Shown piece by piece: positions 1 through 13,239 of a DNA stretch of 64,000 bases. Within the stretch, counting starts at the first letter, position 1, and every line of letters begins with the position of its first letter. Made by a program: the position numbers and the translations under genes. The notes beneath the pieces are model-generated. The model was not told the DNA's origin. It did not search any database and was given only the letters and a program-made list of their open reading frames with translations. Origin of the DNA: Planctomycetota bacterium (GTDB taxonomy: Bacteria > Planctomycetota > JAJSAM01 > JAJVHW01); the NCBI GenBank assembly GCA_965248445.1, contig CBDFJG010000001.1, forward strand, positions 224,001-288,000. The letters run 5' to 3'.

Positions 1-1
1 T

Positions 2-103
2 GACCGCGTCATCGACCGAACTCTGCGCAAACGCCTATCGGCGCTCCGCGCGAACCTCCTCGCCACGGCCACCGCCAAGTCCGGCTCGGCCATCGCGAAC
101 TGA
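2..103 (+). CDS. atpH: F0F1 ATP synthase delta subunit, 3' end only (window edge)
   Basis: Reads [20 protein letters not shown]...*, resembling the delta C-terminus (GDRVIDGSVRGRL); lies directly upstream of atpA. Confidence 0.75.
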   Translation, partial: DRVIDRTLRKRLSALRANLLATATAKSGSAIAN

Positions 104-126
104 GCGAACAACCGGAGAAGAGTGCA

Positions 127-1770
<1,644 letters not shown>

Positions 1771-1776
1771 AGCGCC

Positions 1777-4111
<2,335 letters not shown>

Positions 4112-4112
<1 letters not shown>

Positions 4113-4525
4113 TGGCGATCAGCTGCCGCGTCGTCTCCCCCGAGCGCCCTCTTTTCGAGGGTGAGGTCGAGCGTCTCGTGGCGCCCGGCACGGTGGGCGA
4201 ACTCGGCATCTACCCGCGTCACGCGCCGCTGATCGCGAAGCTCGGGCCCGGTGTCGTGCGGCTGCACGCGCCCGACGGCATGCAGAAGATCGCGATCCGC
4301 GACGGCTTCATGCAGGTGCGCGACGACGACGTCATCATCCTCGTCACCAAGGCCGTGCGCCCCGAGGACGTCGAGAAGTCGGACGTCGAGAAGGAACTCG
4401 AGATCGTCCTCGAGGAACTGCGCCACCCCGACAGCGAGGAGCGCTTCGCCGAGCTCCTCGACCGCCGCCGCTGGCTCAAGACCTGTCTGAAGGTCTACCG
4501 GGCGCCGCAGCTCATCGAGCGCTGA
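4112..4525 (+). CDS. atpC: F0F1 ATP synthase epsilon subunit
   Basis: VVSPER, GELGIYPRHAPLI; GTG overlaps the atpD stop. Confidence 0.95.
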
Positions 4526-4527
4526 GT

Positions 4528-5811
4528 TCAGCGCAGCAAGCCCTCGTCCGTGAGGAAGCCGGCCAGCGCCTCGGCCACGATGGCATGCCCGCGCGGCGAC
4601 AGGTGGTTGTCGTCGATGAAGCAACCGCCCTCGCTCGCGGCGACCACCGGCAGCAGGTCGAGCGTCGGCACGCTGTGCTCCCGCCCGAACGCGATGAGCC
4701 GTTTCTGCGGAGCGTCGTTGCCCTCCGGATCCTCCAGTTGCCACGCATAGGGAAACACGGCGATCGCGACTCGCACGTCGCGCTCTCGGCAGTTGTCGAC
4801 GATCTTGCCGAGCGACTCGAGGGTCAGTCCCCACGCCTCCTGGACGCGCGGGCTGTCCGTCTGATCGACGAGCGCCTGCGTGCGGCTCAGCTCTTCGCGC
4901 GCCGCCCCCGCCTGGATGTCGCTGCCGAAGCGGAGTCGGGCGGCTAGCGCGCGCGCTCCCCAGCCGATGCCGCTCGTGCGCCACAGCTCCCACAGTCGCG
5001 GGTTCTCCGTCGAGTGCTCGAGCTGAAAGCCCCGTCCCTGCCCGCCGAAGCGTTGCAGCGCGAACTTCTCGGTCACGTCGTTCAGCACGAAGCAGACGAC
5101 CACCAGATCCGGCTCGTAGCGGAACCCCTCGCTTGCGAGGTAGGCGTGCTCCTGCCACGGTGAGTAACCGCCGACGGCGGCGTTCACCGTCTCGACACTC
5201 ATGCGTTCGCCGGCCAGATACGGGAACACGTCGTTGTGGTCGGGGATGCCGAACCCGAACGTGACCGAGTCGCCGAGGTAGAGGATGCGCCGCGTGCCGG
5301 GCGGCTTCGCGTACTCGACCTCCGGTCCGCGCAGTCCCTTGCCGTTGACATGCACCTGGATGCCCATCCACGGGCCCTCGGCTCCGGGTCGCAAACGCCA
5401 GCCGAGCGATTCGTCCTCCATGAACAGCGTCGTCTTGAAGCTCTGGTCATGTGCCGCGACGGGCCGAAGGCCGAGTTCCACGACGACGAGGGGCACGACG
5501 ACGAGGGGCACGACGACGACAAGACCGCTGAGAAGCAGTCGCGCGACGACCGGTCGCGAGAACCACGGAGCGAGCCACGGCACACGCTGCACCGCCACGG
5601 ACGCGCCGATGAGCACGAGGCCGAGCAGTCCGAGCAGGCGTTGCGACGACCGCACGCCGGTGACGTCGACGGGCTCCATCGCGGCGTCCCCGACGACAGA
5701 GCGGAGGACCCCCTGATTGGCGACGAACGCAGCCACGATCAGCGTGATGCCCGCAGTCAGGAACAGCAGGCGTGCTGCACGAGGCATCGCCGGCGGCGCT
5801 TCTCCTGCCAT
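4528..5811 (-). CDS. Membrane-anchored SGNH/GDSL hydrolase
   Basis: N-terminal TM segments; blocks LGDSVTFG, NAAVGGYS, FVLND, DDNHLSPRGH. Confidence 0.85.
   Translation of the reverse strand: MAGEAPPAMPRAARLLFLTAGITLIVAAFVANQGVLRSVVGDAAMEPVDVTGVRSSQRLLGLLGLVLIGASVAVQRVPWLAPWFSRPVVARLLLSGLVVVVPLVVVPLVVVELGLRPVAAHDQSFKTTLFMEDESLGWRLRPGAEGPWMGIQVHVNGKGLRGPEVEYAKPPGTRRILYLGDSVTFGFGIPDHNDVFPYLAGERMSVETVNAAVGGYSPWQEHAYLASEGFRYEPDLVVVCFVLNDVTEKFALQRFGGQGRGFQLEHSTENPRLWELWRTSGIGWGARALAARLRFGSDIQAGAAREELSRTQALVDQTDSPRVQEAWGLTLESLGKIVDNCRERDVRVAIAVFPYAWQLEDPEGNDAPQKRLIAFGREHSVPTLDLLPVVAASEGGCFIDDNHLSPRGHAIVAEALAGFLTDEGLLR
5481..5519. repeat. 15-bp in-frame tandem repeat (CGACGACGAGGGGCA x2.6) encoding VVVPL-VVVPL
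   Basis: Read directly from the sequence, inside a TM segment of the SGNH gene. Confidence 0.9.
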
Positions 5812-5844
5812 CCGCGGAGTCTACCGGTCGGTCTGCCGGGACGC

Positions 5845-7185
5845 TCAGGGGCGCAAACGGTCGTAGGTCGCGCGCTCTTCGAGCAGCACTGCGCGGGCTA
5901 GCGGGAGAGGAACGACCCCGAGGCCGAGCAGCCGGTCGTGGAACTCGCGGAGTGCGGCCTCGCCGTGCTGCGCGATGTACGCGTCGCGCGTGGACTCGAT
6001 GATGCGGCGGCCGATCTCGTAGCTGAGCGCCTGGGTGGGGCGGTTCAGGTACATGCGCACCTCGCGGATTGCGGCGCGGCGGGACATGCCGCTCTCCGTG
6101 ATCAGGTTCTCGACCACCTCTGAGGGCTTCATCCAGCCGCTGTGGAGTGCGGGGTCCGCGTCGCAGCGCACGGCGCGCCACGCGCGCATGCGGAGTGCAG
6201 CCAGCCGGTCGAGCGGACCGTCCAGGCCGCCCATGCGTTCGATCAGGCCCTCGGAGTAGAGACCCCAGCCCTCGACGTAGACGCTGTTGTAGGCGAGTTT
6301 GCGCACCGGGCGCTTCACGCGGGCGGCGTGCGTGAACTGCAGGTGATGGCCGGGGAACGACTCGTGCGCAGTCACCACGCGCATGAAGTGCTGGTCGAAG
6401 TCACGCAGCCACTCTGCCTTGTTCGCAGCGTCGAGGTTGGGCGGCAACGGCGCGAGTGTGTAGTGGCCCCGGAAGACCCCGTTGTCGAAGCGGCCCGGCT
6501 GATACGCCGCGAAGGCGTACGGGAACTGCGATCCGGCGCCGCTCACTTTCAGGCCCTTGCCGCCGTCGGGGATCGAGACCAGCCCGGATCGGAGCGTCGC
6601 GTCGCGCGCGTGCGCGACTGCCTGGCGGGCGTCCTCGACGAGTTCCTCGTACGTCAACGGGCGGTCGACCTGCGCGCGACCGAGCAGGAACTGCCAGTCG
6701 TCGGCACCGTTCTCCTTCGCGTGCTCGACGAGCATCTTCCGTGCGCGCTGGCGGGCGTCGAGACCGATGGCGCGCACGGTCTCGGCGTCGAGGGACAGAC
6801 CGTGCGTGTAGCGCAGTGCCCACTCGAAACGCTCGCGACCAACCGGCCGGAGTCCCTCGCGCTCGAACAGGAGGTCGATCTCGTGTGCATCGTCGGGTAG
6901 AGGAGCACCAGCGGCGTCCCTGCCGCGCGGATATGGGTTGAGTGCGCGTTCCACCGCCATGAGCGCGCAGTGGAGGTCCACCCACTCGTCGTCGTCGAGT
7001 GCGTCGCGGTCCAGGGCTGCGAGCTTCGCGCGATAGGTGACCACGCGATCTCGCTCGCGCGTCGTCAGCACCTCGGTGTCCAGCGTCTGCAGCAGCGTCC
7101 GCAGATCGGCCTTGGCCGTGTCCTGCCCGCCGGCAACCGGGGCCAGGACGAACAGCAGCACGATCAGGAGGAGGGAGCGGCGCAT
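5845..7185 (-). CDS. DUF885 family secreted protein (putative metallopeptidase-like)
   Basis: Signal peptide; TAHESFPGHHLQ, YVEGWGLYSE, PTQALSY motifs. Confidence 0.88.
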   Translation of the reverse strand: MRRSLLLIVLLFVLAPVAGGQDTAKADLRTLLQTLDTEVLTTRERDRVVTYRAKLAALDRDALDDDEWVDLHCALMAVERALNPYPRGRDAAGAPLPDDAHEIDLLFEREGLRPVGRERFEWALRYTHGLSLDAETVRAIGLDARQRARKMLVEHAKENGADDWQFLLGRAQVDRPLTYEELVEDARQAVAHARDATLRSGLVSIPDGGKGLKVSGAGSQFPYAFAAYQPGRFDNGVFRGHYTLAPLPPNLDAANKAEWLRDFDQHFMRVVTAHESFPGHHLQFTHAARVKRPVRKLAYNSVYVEGWGLYSEGLIERMGGLDGPLDRLAALRMRAWRAVRCDADPALHSGWMKPSEVVENLITESGMSRRAAIREVRMYLNRPTQALSYEIGRRIIESTRDAYIAQHGEAALREFHDRLLGLGVVPLPLARAVLLEERATYDRLRP

Positions 7186-7235
7186 CCAGCCCTCATTCTC
7201 GCGTACCCCGGAGGCTCCCGAGTAGGGTCCCGTGC

Positions 7236-7631
7236 ATGTTGCGCCGAACGCTGCTCCCCGTCCTCCTCGCGACCGCCGTCCTCCTGCCTGCCTGCGTCAA
7301 CGCCCGGTCGACGTGGAGGACGACCAAGCAGCTGCCACCCATCCCGGGGGGTGAGCCCGTGCCGCTCTATCTTGCCGCGACCTCGCCGCAGTGGGTCCGC
7401 AACGTCCTGGCGCCCTACGCCGAGTCCACCGCTGCGGCACCGTGGGGCGCGCTGCCCGTCGCGGAGATGGAGGCGAAGCTCGGGATGTTCGGCTCGTGGA
7501 GCACGGCGGTCAACGGCGTGCGCGACTCGGCGCGCAAGGCGGGCGCGGACACGATCGTCGCCTCGGGGACGGCGGAGTACGACGCCGCGCAGATCGTGTT
7601 CTTCCGCCTGCTGCGGCTCGCGAACTACTGA
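7236..7631 (+). CDS. Hypothetical lipoprotein
   Basis: Signal peptide with lipobox LLPA-C; coding-like codon usage. Confidence 0.65.
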   Translation: MLRRTLLPVLLATAVLLPACVNARSTWRTTKQLPPIPGGEPVPLYLAATSPQWVRNVLAPYAESTAAAPWGALPVAEMEAKLGMFGSWSTAVNGVRDSARKAGADTIVASGTAEYDAAQIVFFRLLRLANY

Positions 7632-7635
7632 CCAG

Positions 7636-8246
7636 CTATTCGATCGGGCAGACGCAGCCCGGCGTACCGCAGTCCGCGCACCCGAGGTCGAACTCGGCGG
7701 CGCTCACCGCGCCGACGCTGCCTGCATCCCCGCCGCCGAGCGCCTCGCGAATCTGATCCTCAGCGTCGTAGACCGACATGCTCCCGGCCCACACCACCTT
7801 GCCGTCGGGCCCGATCAGGCAGCCGTGCGGCAGATACCCGAAGTTGAAGTCGTGCAGAGTTCGGCCGGTGGGGTCGATGCCGACCGGGAACGGCAGCTGT
7901 TCCTTCTGCGCGAACGCCGCGACCTCGGCGGCCGTGTCGTCGTGGTCGCCCAGCGGAACGTGGACGGTCAGCACCTCGAGTTCGGTGCAGCAGTACTGCG
8001 CCGTGATCTGGCGCATCTCGGGGATCTTGTCGAGGCAGTGCGGGCAGTGCATTGACCAGAACTCGACCAGCAGATGCTTGCCCCGGTTGCCCGCGACCGA
8101 CGTGTCGCGGTGCTCGTGTTCACCCAGGAGGCGACGGACAGCTCGGGGGCAGCCACTCCCTGCTCGAGGCCGTCGGTGAGCGCGCACCCCGTGAGGCCCG
8201 CGAGACTGATCGCGAGCGCAAGCACGGCGGCGGAGAGGGTCTTCAT
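7636..8246 (-). pseudogene. TlpA/ResA-like thiol-disulfide oxidoreductase lipoprotein, frameshifted near 8105
   Basis: One frame gives MKTLSAAVLALAISLAGLTGC..APELSVASWVNT; the next gives GKHLLVEFWSMHCPHC..YLPHGCLIGPDGKV; adding one base near 8105 joins them. Confidence 0.8.
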
Positions 8247-8460
8247 GGCGCGCTTCACTTCGCTGTCCTCGTGCCGGTGGGACCGATGGCGGTACCGTCT
8301 TGGATCGACCGGCTCCCGGTCTACCTTCATCTGGCCACCTTCACCCGCGGCTGGCTCGATGAATCGGAGGTCCGGAGGCCCCGCTCCCCCGAACAGCGTT
8401 CTAGCGATGGATGTTCCCGTTCGCGAGACCGCTCTCTCCGCGGAGTAGGATCCGTCCGGT

Positions 8461-9810
8461 TTGCCGTCCACCCCGCGCCCCCCTCTGCTCGAGCGCCTCG
8501 CCCTGCACCGCACCGAACTGCGGGCCTGGGCCATGTACGACTGGGGCAACTCGGCCTTCTTCACGACGGTCGTCTCAGCAGTCTTCCCCGTCTATCTGTT
8601 CAAGGTCGCTGACGCCTCGCTCACGGGGGAGGAGACCACCGCCGCGCTCATGTGGGCGAACGCCGGCGCGCTCGGTTTCACGGCGCTGATGGCGCCCTTC
8701 CTGGGTGCGATCGCCGACATGGGCGGTCTTCGCAAGCGGTTCCTCGCGGTCTTCCTGGCCATCGGCGTGACAGCGACGGCCGGCCTGTTCTTCGTGGAGC
8801 CCGGCAAGCATGAGCTCGGGCTGTGGCTGTTCGCCCTCGCGAACGTCGGCGCGTTCGGCACGATGGTGTTCTACGACGCGCTCCTCCCGCACATCGCGAG
8901 CGATGGCGAGTTGGATCAGCTCTCGACCTCCGCGTACGCACTCGGGTACCTGGGCGGAGGCCTGCTGCTCGCCGCTCAACTGCTGGTCATCTCCAATCCC
9001 GGATGGCTCGGTGTGGCAGAGGACTCGACGCTGCTGGTGCGGCTTGTGCTTCTCTCGGTCGCCGTGTGGTGGGTGCTGTTCTCGATCCCTCTGTTCCGCT
9101 GTGTCACGGAGCCGGTCGTCAAGGACCGGCCGCGCGCGACCGCGGCAGTGCGCGCGGCGTTCGTGCAACTCACGGCGACCGTCAAGGAGCTGAAGCTCTA
9201 CCGCCACGCAATGGTGCTGCTCATTGCGTACCTGGTCTACGCAGACGGGATCGGAACGGTCTTCCGCCTTGCGGCCGTCTACTCCAAGGAGATCGGGTTC
9301 GACGACAAGGTGATCATCACCGCGCTGCTCCTCACGCAGTTCCTGGGTGTGCCCGCCGCGTTCGCCTTCGGGCGGCTGGCCGCCAAGACCGGTACGAAGC
9401 GGGCGATCCTCGGCGCACTCGTCGTCTACATGCTTGCGTGCCTGCTGGGCAGCCAGATGCGCACCGAGGTGCACCTGTTCACACTGGCCGGGATGATCGC
9501 GCTCGTGCAGGGCGGCACGCAGGCGCTCAGTCGCTCTCTGTTCGCTTCGATGATCCCGAAGAAGCGCTCCGCCGAGTTCTTCGCGGTGTTCGCGATCTTC
9601 GAGAAGGTCGGGGGCCTGTTCGGCCCGATTGCGTTCATCCAGTTGCAGCGAGCGTTCTCGGACCCGGGCGTCCCCGGGCAGGGCAGCCGCTACGCCGTGG
9701 CGTGCGTCGCCATCGTGTTCGTCATCGGCTTCCTGTTGCTGACGCGGGTCGACGTGGACGCCGGCCGCGAGGCGGTAGCGAGACTCAACGCTTCTGACGC
9801 GGGCGAATGA
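8461..9810 (+). CDS. MFS transporter (UMF1/ATG22-like)
   Basis: WAMYDWGNSAF, FYDALLP, GGTQALSRSLF motifs; ~12 hydrophobic segments. Confidence 0.9.
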   Translation: MPSTPRPPLLERLALHRTELRAWAMYDWGNSAFFTTVVSAVFPVYLFKVADASLTGEETTAALMWANAGALGFTALMAPFLGAIADMGGLRKRFLAVFLAIGVTATAGLFFVEPGKHELGLWLFALANVGAFGTMVFYDALLPHIASDGELDQLSTSAYALGYLGGGLLLAAQLLVISNPGWLGVAEDSTLLVRLVLLSVAVWWVLFSIPLFRCVTEPVVKDRPRATAAVRAAFVQLTATVKELKLYRHAMVLLIAYLVYADGIGTVFRLAAVYSKEIGFDDKVIITALLLTQFLGVPAAFAFGRLAAKTGTKRAILGALVVYMLACLLGSQMRTEVHLFTLAGMIALVQGGTQALSRSLFASMIPKKRSAEFFAVFAIFEKVGGLFGPIAFIQLQRAFSDPGVPGQGSRYAVACVAIVFVIGFLLLTRVDVDAGREAVARLNASDAGE

Positions 9811-11338
9811 CCTTCGCGAGCGTGTTGTAGAAGTACTTCAGCAGCATCAGCCAGAGCGAGGACCCGCGCTGCGAGCCGCCGTGCAGCAGGATGCGCAGGT
9901 CCCGCTGGTCGCCGGTCGACAACAGCCCACCCTTCAGCACGTGCGCGTCGTGGGAGGCGAGCGCGGACTCCATGTGCTTCTCGAGCGCGCTCCGCAAGCC
10001 CTCGATGAACTCTCGCGCGACCGCGTCTGGCTGTTCGCGCGACAGCATCGTCAGATGGGCCATGAGCAGCGCCGCTCGCTTCATTGCGTCGGGCGGCGCG
10101 GGGGACGCCTCGAGTTGGAGTAGCAGCTGCCGCGTGAGTTCCTTCAGTGCCTCGAGTTGCCGGTCGCTCAGGTGGAACGCCTCCGCCGGGTCGAGGTCGT
10201 CGATCTCGATGTAGAGATTCGCGATGCGCTCGATCTCGTGGCCGTACTCCTCGCGCAGCTTGTCGCCGACCTTGCGCTGTTCTCCTGCCACGCGGTCGAG
10301 CTCGGCCTCGATCCCTCTTCGCACCTCTCCGCCCGGCTCGCCGCGCGCAGCGTCCTCCAGGCGGCGACGGCGCTGACGGAGTTGGATGACCCGCTGTCCG
10401 AGCCGCGTCTCGGGGTCGCCTCGGAAGTCGAGGACGTCCTTCACGTACTGGTCCGTCGGGAACACGCGCGCGTGACCGATCTTCACGCAGTGCAACCGGA
10501 TGTCGGCACCGAGTGCCTCACGCAAGATGCTCTCGTGGATACGTGCGGCGCCGTCCGTGACGACCAGGATCTCCGCGCCGGCCAGCGTGCCGTGCTCCCG
10601 CACGTCCTCGCATGCCGCGAGGATCGCGCGTTCGAGGCAGGTCCCGTTCCCGAGCACGTGGATGCGGGCGATGCGCCGGATCAAAGCGTCGAACTCGGTG
10701 CGGGTGCGCGCCGAGTGCAGCGGGCCGACGTCCACGTCGAACGTTCGCAGGAACACCTGGCCCATCTCCCGCCGGTTCTCGCGGAGGAAGTGGATCACGG
10801 CCGACTTCGCGAGCGCGAAGCGGTGCGAAAGCGCCATCGACTTCGACGTGTCGAGCAGGACGTGGACCTTCTGCTTCGCAGGAGTCGGTGAGAAGTCGTC
10901 GCCGCCCGAGTCGATGGCGCGGATGCGCGGGGCCTTGGCCATCGGGAAGACGAGCGTCCGGTCCGCGAGGCGTCGCAGGAAGACCTCTTCGGGCAGCAGG
11001 TGCTGCCACGAGTACACGTAGCGGACGTCGCTCCAGCTCCGGATGAACTCGGCTTCGTACTCCTCGCCGGCCGGGACCTCGACGATCTGCGCGTCGCTCT
11101 TGGTCGTGGTGTCCGGCGGTGCGATGTCCTGAGCCGGTGCGAGCTCCATCGCTGCGGCCAGGCGGCTGCGAATGCTGCTGTCGGGGTCCGACAGCACGCG
11201 GCCGATCTCGAACACCGCGCTGAAGCCGGTCGGAAGCTGGTCCTCAAGGTTGTCGAGGAGCCCGAGTCGCTCCATCTCGAAGAGGAAATCGTCGTAAGTG
11301 GAGAGGGCGCCGACGTCGAGTTCGCCGGTCGCGGTCAC
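9785..11338 (-). CDS. VWA domain protein (ViaA-like partner of the MoxR ATPase)
   Basis: MIDAS DTSKS, GNGT, VVTDG; GTG at 11338 overlaps the upstream TGA (GTGA). Confidence 0.8.
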   Translation of the reverse strand: MTATGELDVGALSTYDDFLFEMERLGLLDNLEDQLPTGFSAVFEIGRVLSDPDSSIRSRLAAAMELAPAQDIAPPDTTTKSDAQIVEVPAGEEYEAEFIRSWSDVRYVYSWQHLLPEEVFLRRLADRTLVFPMAKAPRIRAIDSGGDDFSPTPAKQKVHVLLDTSKSMALSHRFALAKSAVIHFLRENRREMGQVFLRTFDVDVGPLHSARTRTEFDALIRRIARIHVLGNGTCLERAILAACEDVREHGTLAGAEILVVTDGAARIHESILREALGADIRLHCVKIGHARVFPTDQYVKDVLDFRGDPETRLGQRVIQLRQRRRRLEDAARGEPGGEVRRGIEAELDRVAGEQRKVGDKLREEYGHEIERIANLYIEIDDLDPAEAFHLSDRQLEALKELTRQLLLQLEASPAPPDAMKRAALLMAHLTMLSREQPDAVAREFIEGLRSALEKHMESALASHDAHVLKGGLLSTGDQRDLRILLHGGSQRGSSLWLMLLKYFYNTLAKVIRPRQKR

Positions 11339-12636
11339 TCCCAGCCCTCGTCCGGGTTGAAGATCTGGTTGATCTCGTCGATGAGGCGGAGGCGCAGTAG
11401 GCGGATCTCGTCGGTCAACGGCTCGATGCCCTCGACGTAGTCGATCAGGAGCCGTCGGCTGTGCTGCGCACTCGTCTCCCCGAGGCCGAGCCTCTCCTTC
11501 GCCCACGTGAGGATGGACCGCTTGACCGGCGATGACGCCAGGTCGGCGATCGGCTGCTCGACGAGAGCCGGATCGTCCTGCACACGGTCGAGGACGTCCT
11601 GCAGCTCGAGCAAGTGGTGCAGTTGGTCGAATGCGTGGGAAGCGGTGTAGTGGTTGCGCAGGCTCTCGTACGCGCGCAGGAAGCACTCTTCCTCCTCGCG
11701 GACGCCGGCCGTGCAGAGCAGCACGGGCATCTTCCCGACGTCGGCGAGCACGACCTCGAGCCGCCCGTTCATGACGGCGACCGCGCGGAGTGCGTCGAGG
11801 GTCTTCGCCTGCGTGCGGGGGGAGATGTAGAACTCCGGCTTCCCGCCCTCGAACGTGCCCTGCTGCTTGCGCATGCGGCGCAGTTGCGTCTCGTAGTGAC
11901 GCAGCACCAGGTTGGCGAAGAACATGATCTCGTGCGGAACCTGGACAATGACGTCCGGGTCGTGGCCGCGGATCACCCTCGAGAGTCGCTGCAACGCTGC
12001 GAACGGCATCACGGACTCCGGAGTCGCGATGCCGCCCCGGTGCAGCACGAATTGCTGCGAGATGCGGTACATGAAGAACGGTTCGCGGTCTGGCTCGATC
12101 ACGGCCTTGTAGAGGAAGCGGTCGAGCACGGCCTCGGTGATCTCGGTGACACGGATGTAGTTCGCTGCGCCGATCACCGTGTGGATTGGCGACGGGACGT
12201 CCTGAACGCCACGGACCAGACGCCGCTCGTTCAGCGTCGTGAGCAGCGCGCGCAGCGTGTAGTCGTTCGCGTCGAAGATCTCGTCGATGAACCCGAGTTC
12301 GCTCTCGACGAGCGAGCCCTCCGTGTTGTGGATGATCCGCCCGCGCTTGAGTTCCTCGAGGTCGAGCGCGCCGAAGTATGTGTCGGGCTGCTGTTCCTTG
12401 CTGGCCTGCATCCGGAACACGCGCGCGCCGCTGAACATCGCGAAGATCTGGTTGGCGAGGAGCGACTTGCCCACGCCGGTGCGCGCCGCCAGCAACACGT
12501 GCTCGCGCGTGAGCAGCGCGCAGAAGATCTTCTTCACGACGTCGGAGCGGTTGATCGCCCGCCGCTGGACGAAGGCGATCGCGCGGCGCACGTCGGCGAC
12601 TGCGGAGGCCAGTTCAGGGGGGAGCTGCGAGTCCAC
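11335..12636 (-). CDS. MoxR/RavA-like AAA+ ATPase
   Basis: REHVLL-AARTGVGKS Walker A, GFIDEIF Walker B, LLTTLNER, GAAN, AVLDRF, ISPR; start at GTG 12636 inferred. Confidence 0.85.
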   Translation of the reverse strand: MDSQLPPELASAVADVRRAIAFVQRRAINRSDVVKKIFCALLTREHVLLAARTGVGKSLLANQIFAMFSGARVFRMQASKEQQPDTYFGALDLEELKRGRIIHNTEGSLVESELGFIDEIFDANDYTLRALLTTLNERRLVRGVQDVPSPIHTVIGAANYIRVTEITEAVLDRFLYKAVIEPDREPFFMYRISQQFVLHRGGIATPESVMPFAALQRLSRVIRGHDPDVIVQVPHEIMFFANLVLRHYETQLRRMRKQQGTFEGGKPEFYISPRTQAKTLDALRAVAVMNGRLEVVLADVGKMPVLLCTAGVREEEECFLRAYESLRNHYTASHAFDQLHHLLELQDVLDRVQDDPALVEQPIADLASSPVKRSILTWAKERLGLGETSAQHSRRLLIDYVEGIEPLTDEIRLLRLRLIDEINQIFNPDEGWE

Positions 12637-12671
12637 GAGCGGCGGACGATAGCCGCCGTGCGTAGGCGGTA

Positions 12672-13118
12672 TCAAATGCCGACGAGAGCCGAGCGTGCCT
12701 CGGAGGGGCTCTGGGCGGCCGCCAGGAGGCCGCGGCGGGTCCCGTCGTTCAGGAGCGCCGCCAGCTCCCCGAGCAGCACGAGGTGCCGGCTGGCCTGCAC
12801 TGAGTTCGAGACGCAGAGGAGCACGATCCGGCAGGCGGCCCCGTCGATGGCGTCCCACTCGATGCCGGCGGGGGCGATTCCGAGAGCGCACAGGCTCCCC
12901 GCGACCCGATCCGTCCTGCCGTGCGGAATAGCGACTCCGCCGCCGATCCCGGTAGAGGCCTCGGCCTCCCGGGCCAACACGGCTGCGCGAGCGGCGGCGC
13001 GGGTCAGGTCGTCGTCGAACGGGAGGGCGTCGAGCAGTTCGTCGACGGCGGTGATCGGCGACGTCGCGCAGAGCGGTGCGCGGATCTGCGTGATCGGCAG
13101 TGCGGCGGCGAGTTCCAT
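12672..13118 (-). CDS. PTS IIA (fructose/mannitol/Ntr-type) domain protein
   Basis: REAEASTGIGGGVAIPHGR with the phosphoacceptor His; GIEWDAIDG. Confidence 0.88.
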   Translation of the reverse strand: MELAAALPITQIRAPLCATSPITAVDELLDALPFDDDLTRAAARAAVLAREAEASTGIGGGVAIPHGRTDRVAGSLCALGIAPAGIEWDAIDGAACRIVLLCVSNSVQASRHLVLLGELAALLNDGTRRGLLAAAQSPSEARSALVGI

Positions 13119-13201
13119 GAACGCGGCAAGCTACCCGGGCCCGGCGACTGCAAGATCCGCGCACCGGATCGTGTCGCGGCCGGAGCCCTCCTAGAATCGA
13201 C

Positions 13202-13235
13202 CACGGCCCGCGCACCGATTGGTGCGCGGGCCGTG
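13202..13235. terminator. Perfect 15-bp stem-loop (CACGGCCCGCGCACC-GATT-GGTGCGCGGGCCGTG), terminator-like without a U-tract
   Basis: Perfect inverted repeat 4 bp left of the IS66 end. Confidence 0.5.
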
Positions 13236-13239
13236 CTGC

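Noticed and set aside
8095..8120. Programmed ribosomal frameshifting at this and the other broken genes
   Set aside because: No slippery heptamer; simple indels or duplications explain each break
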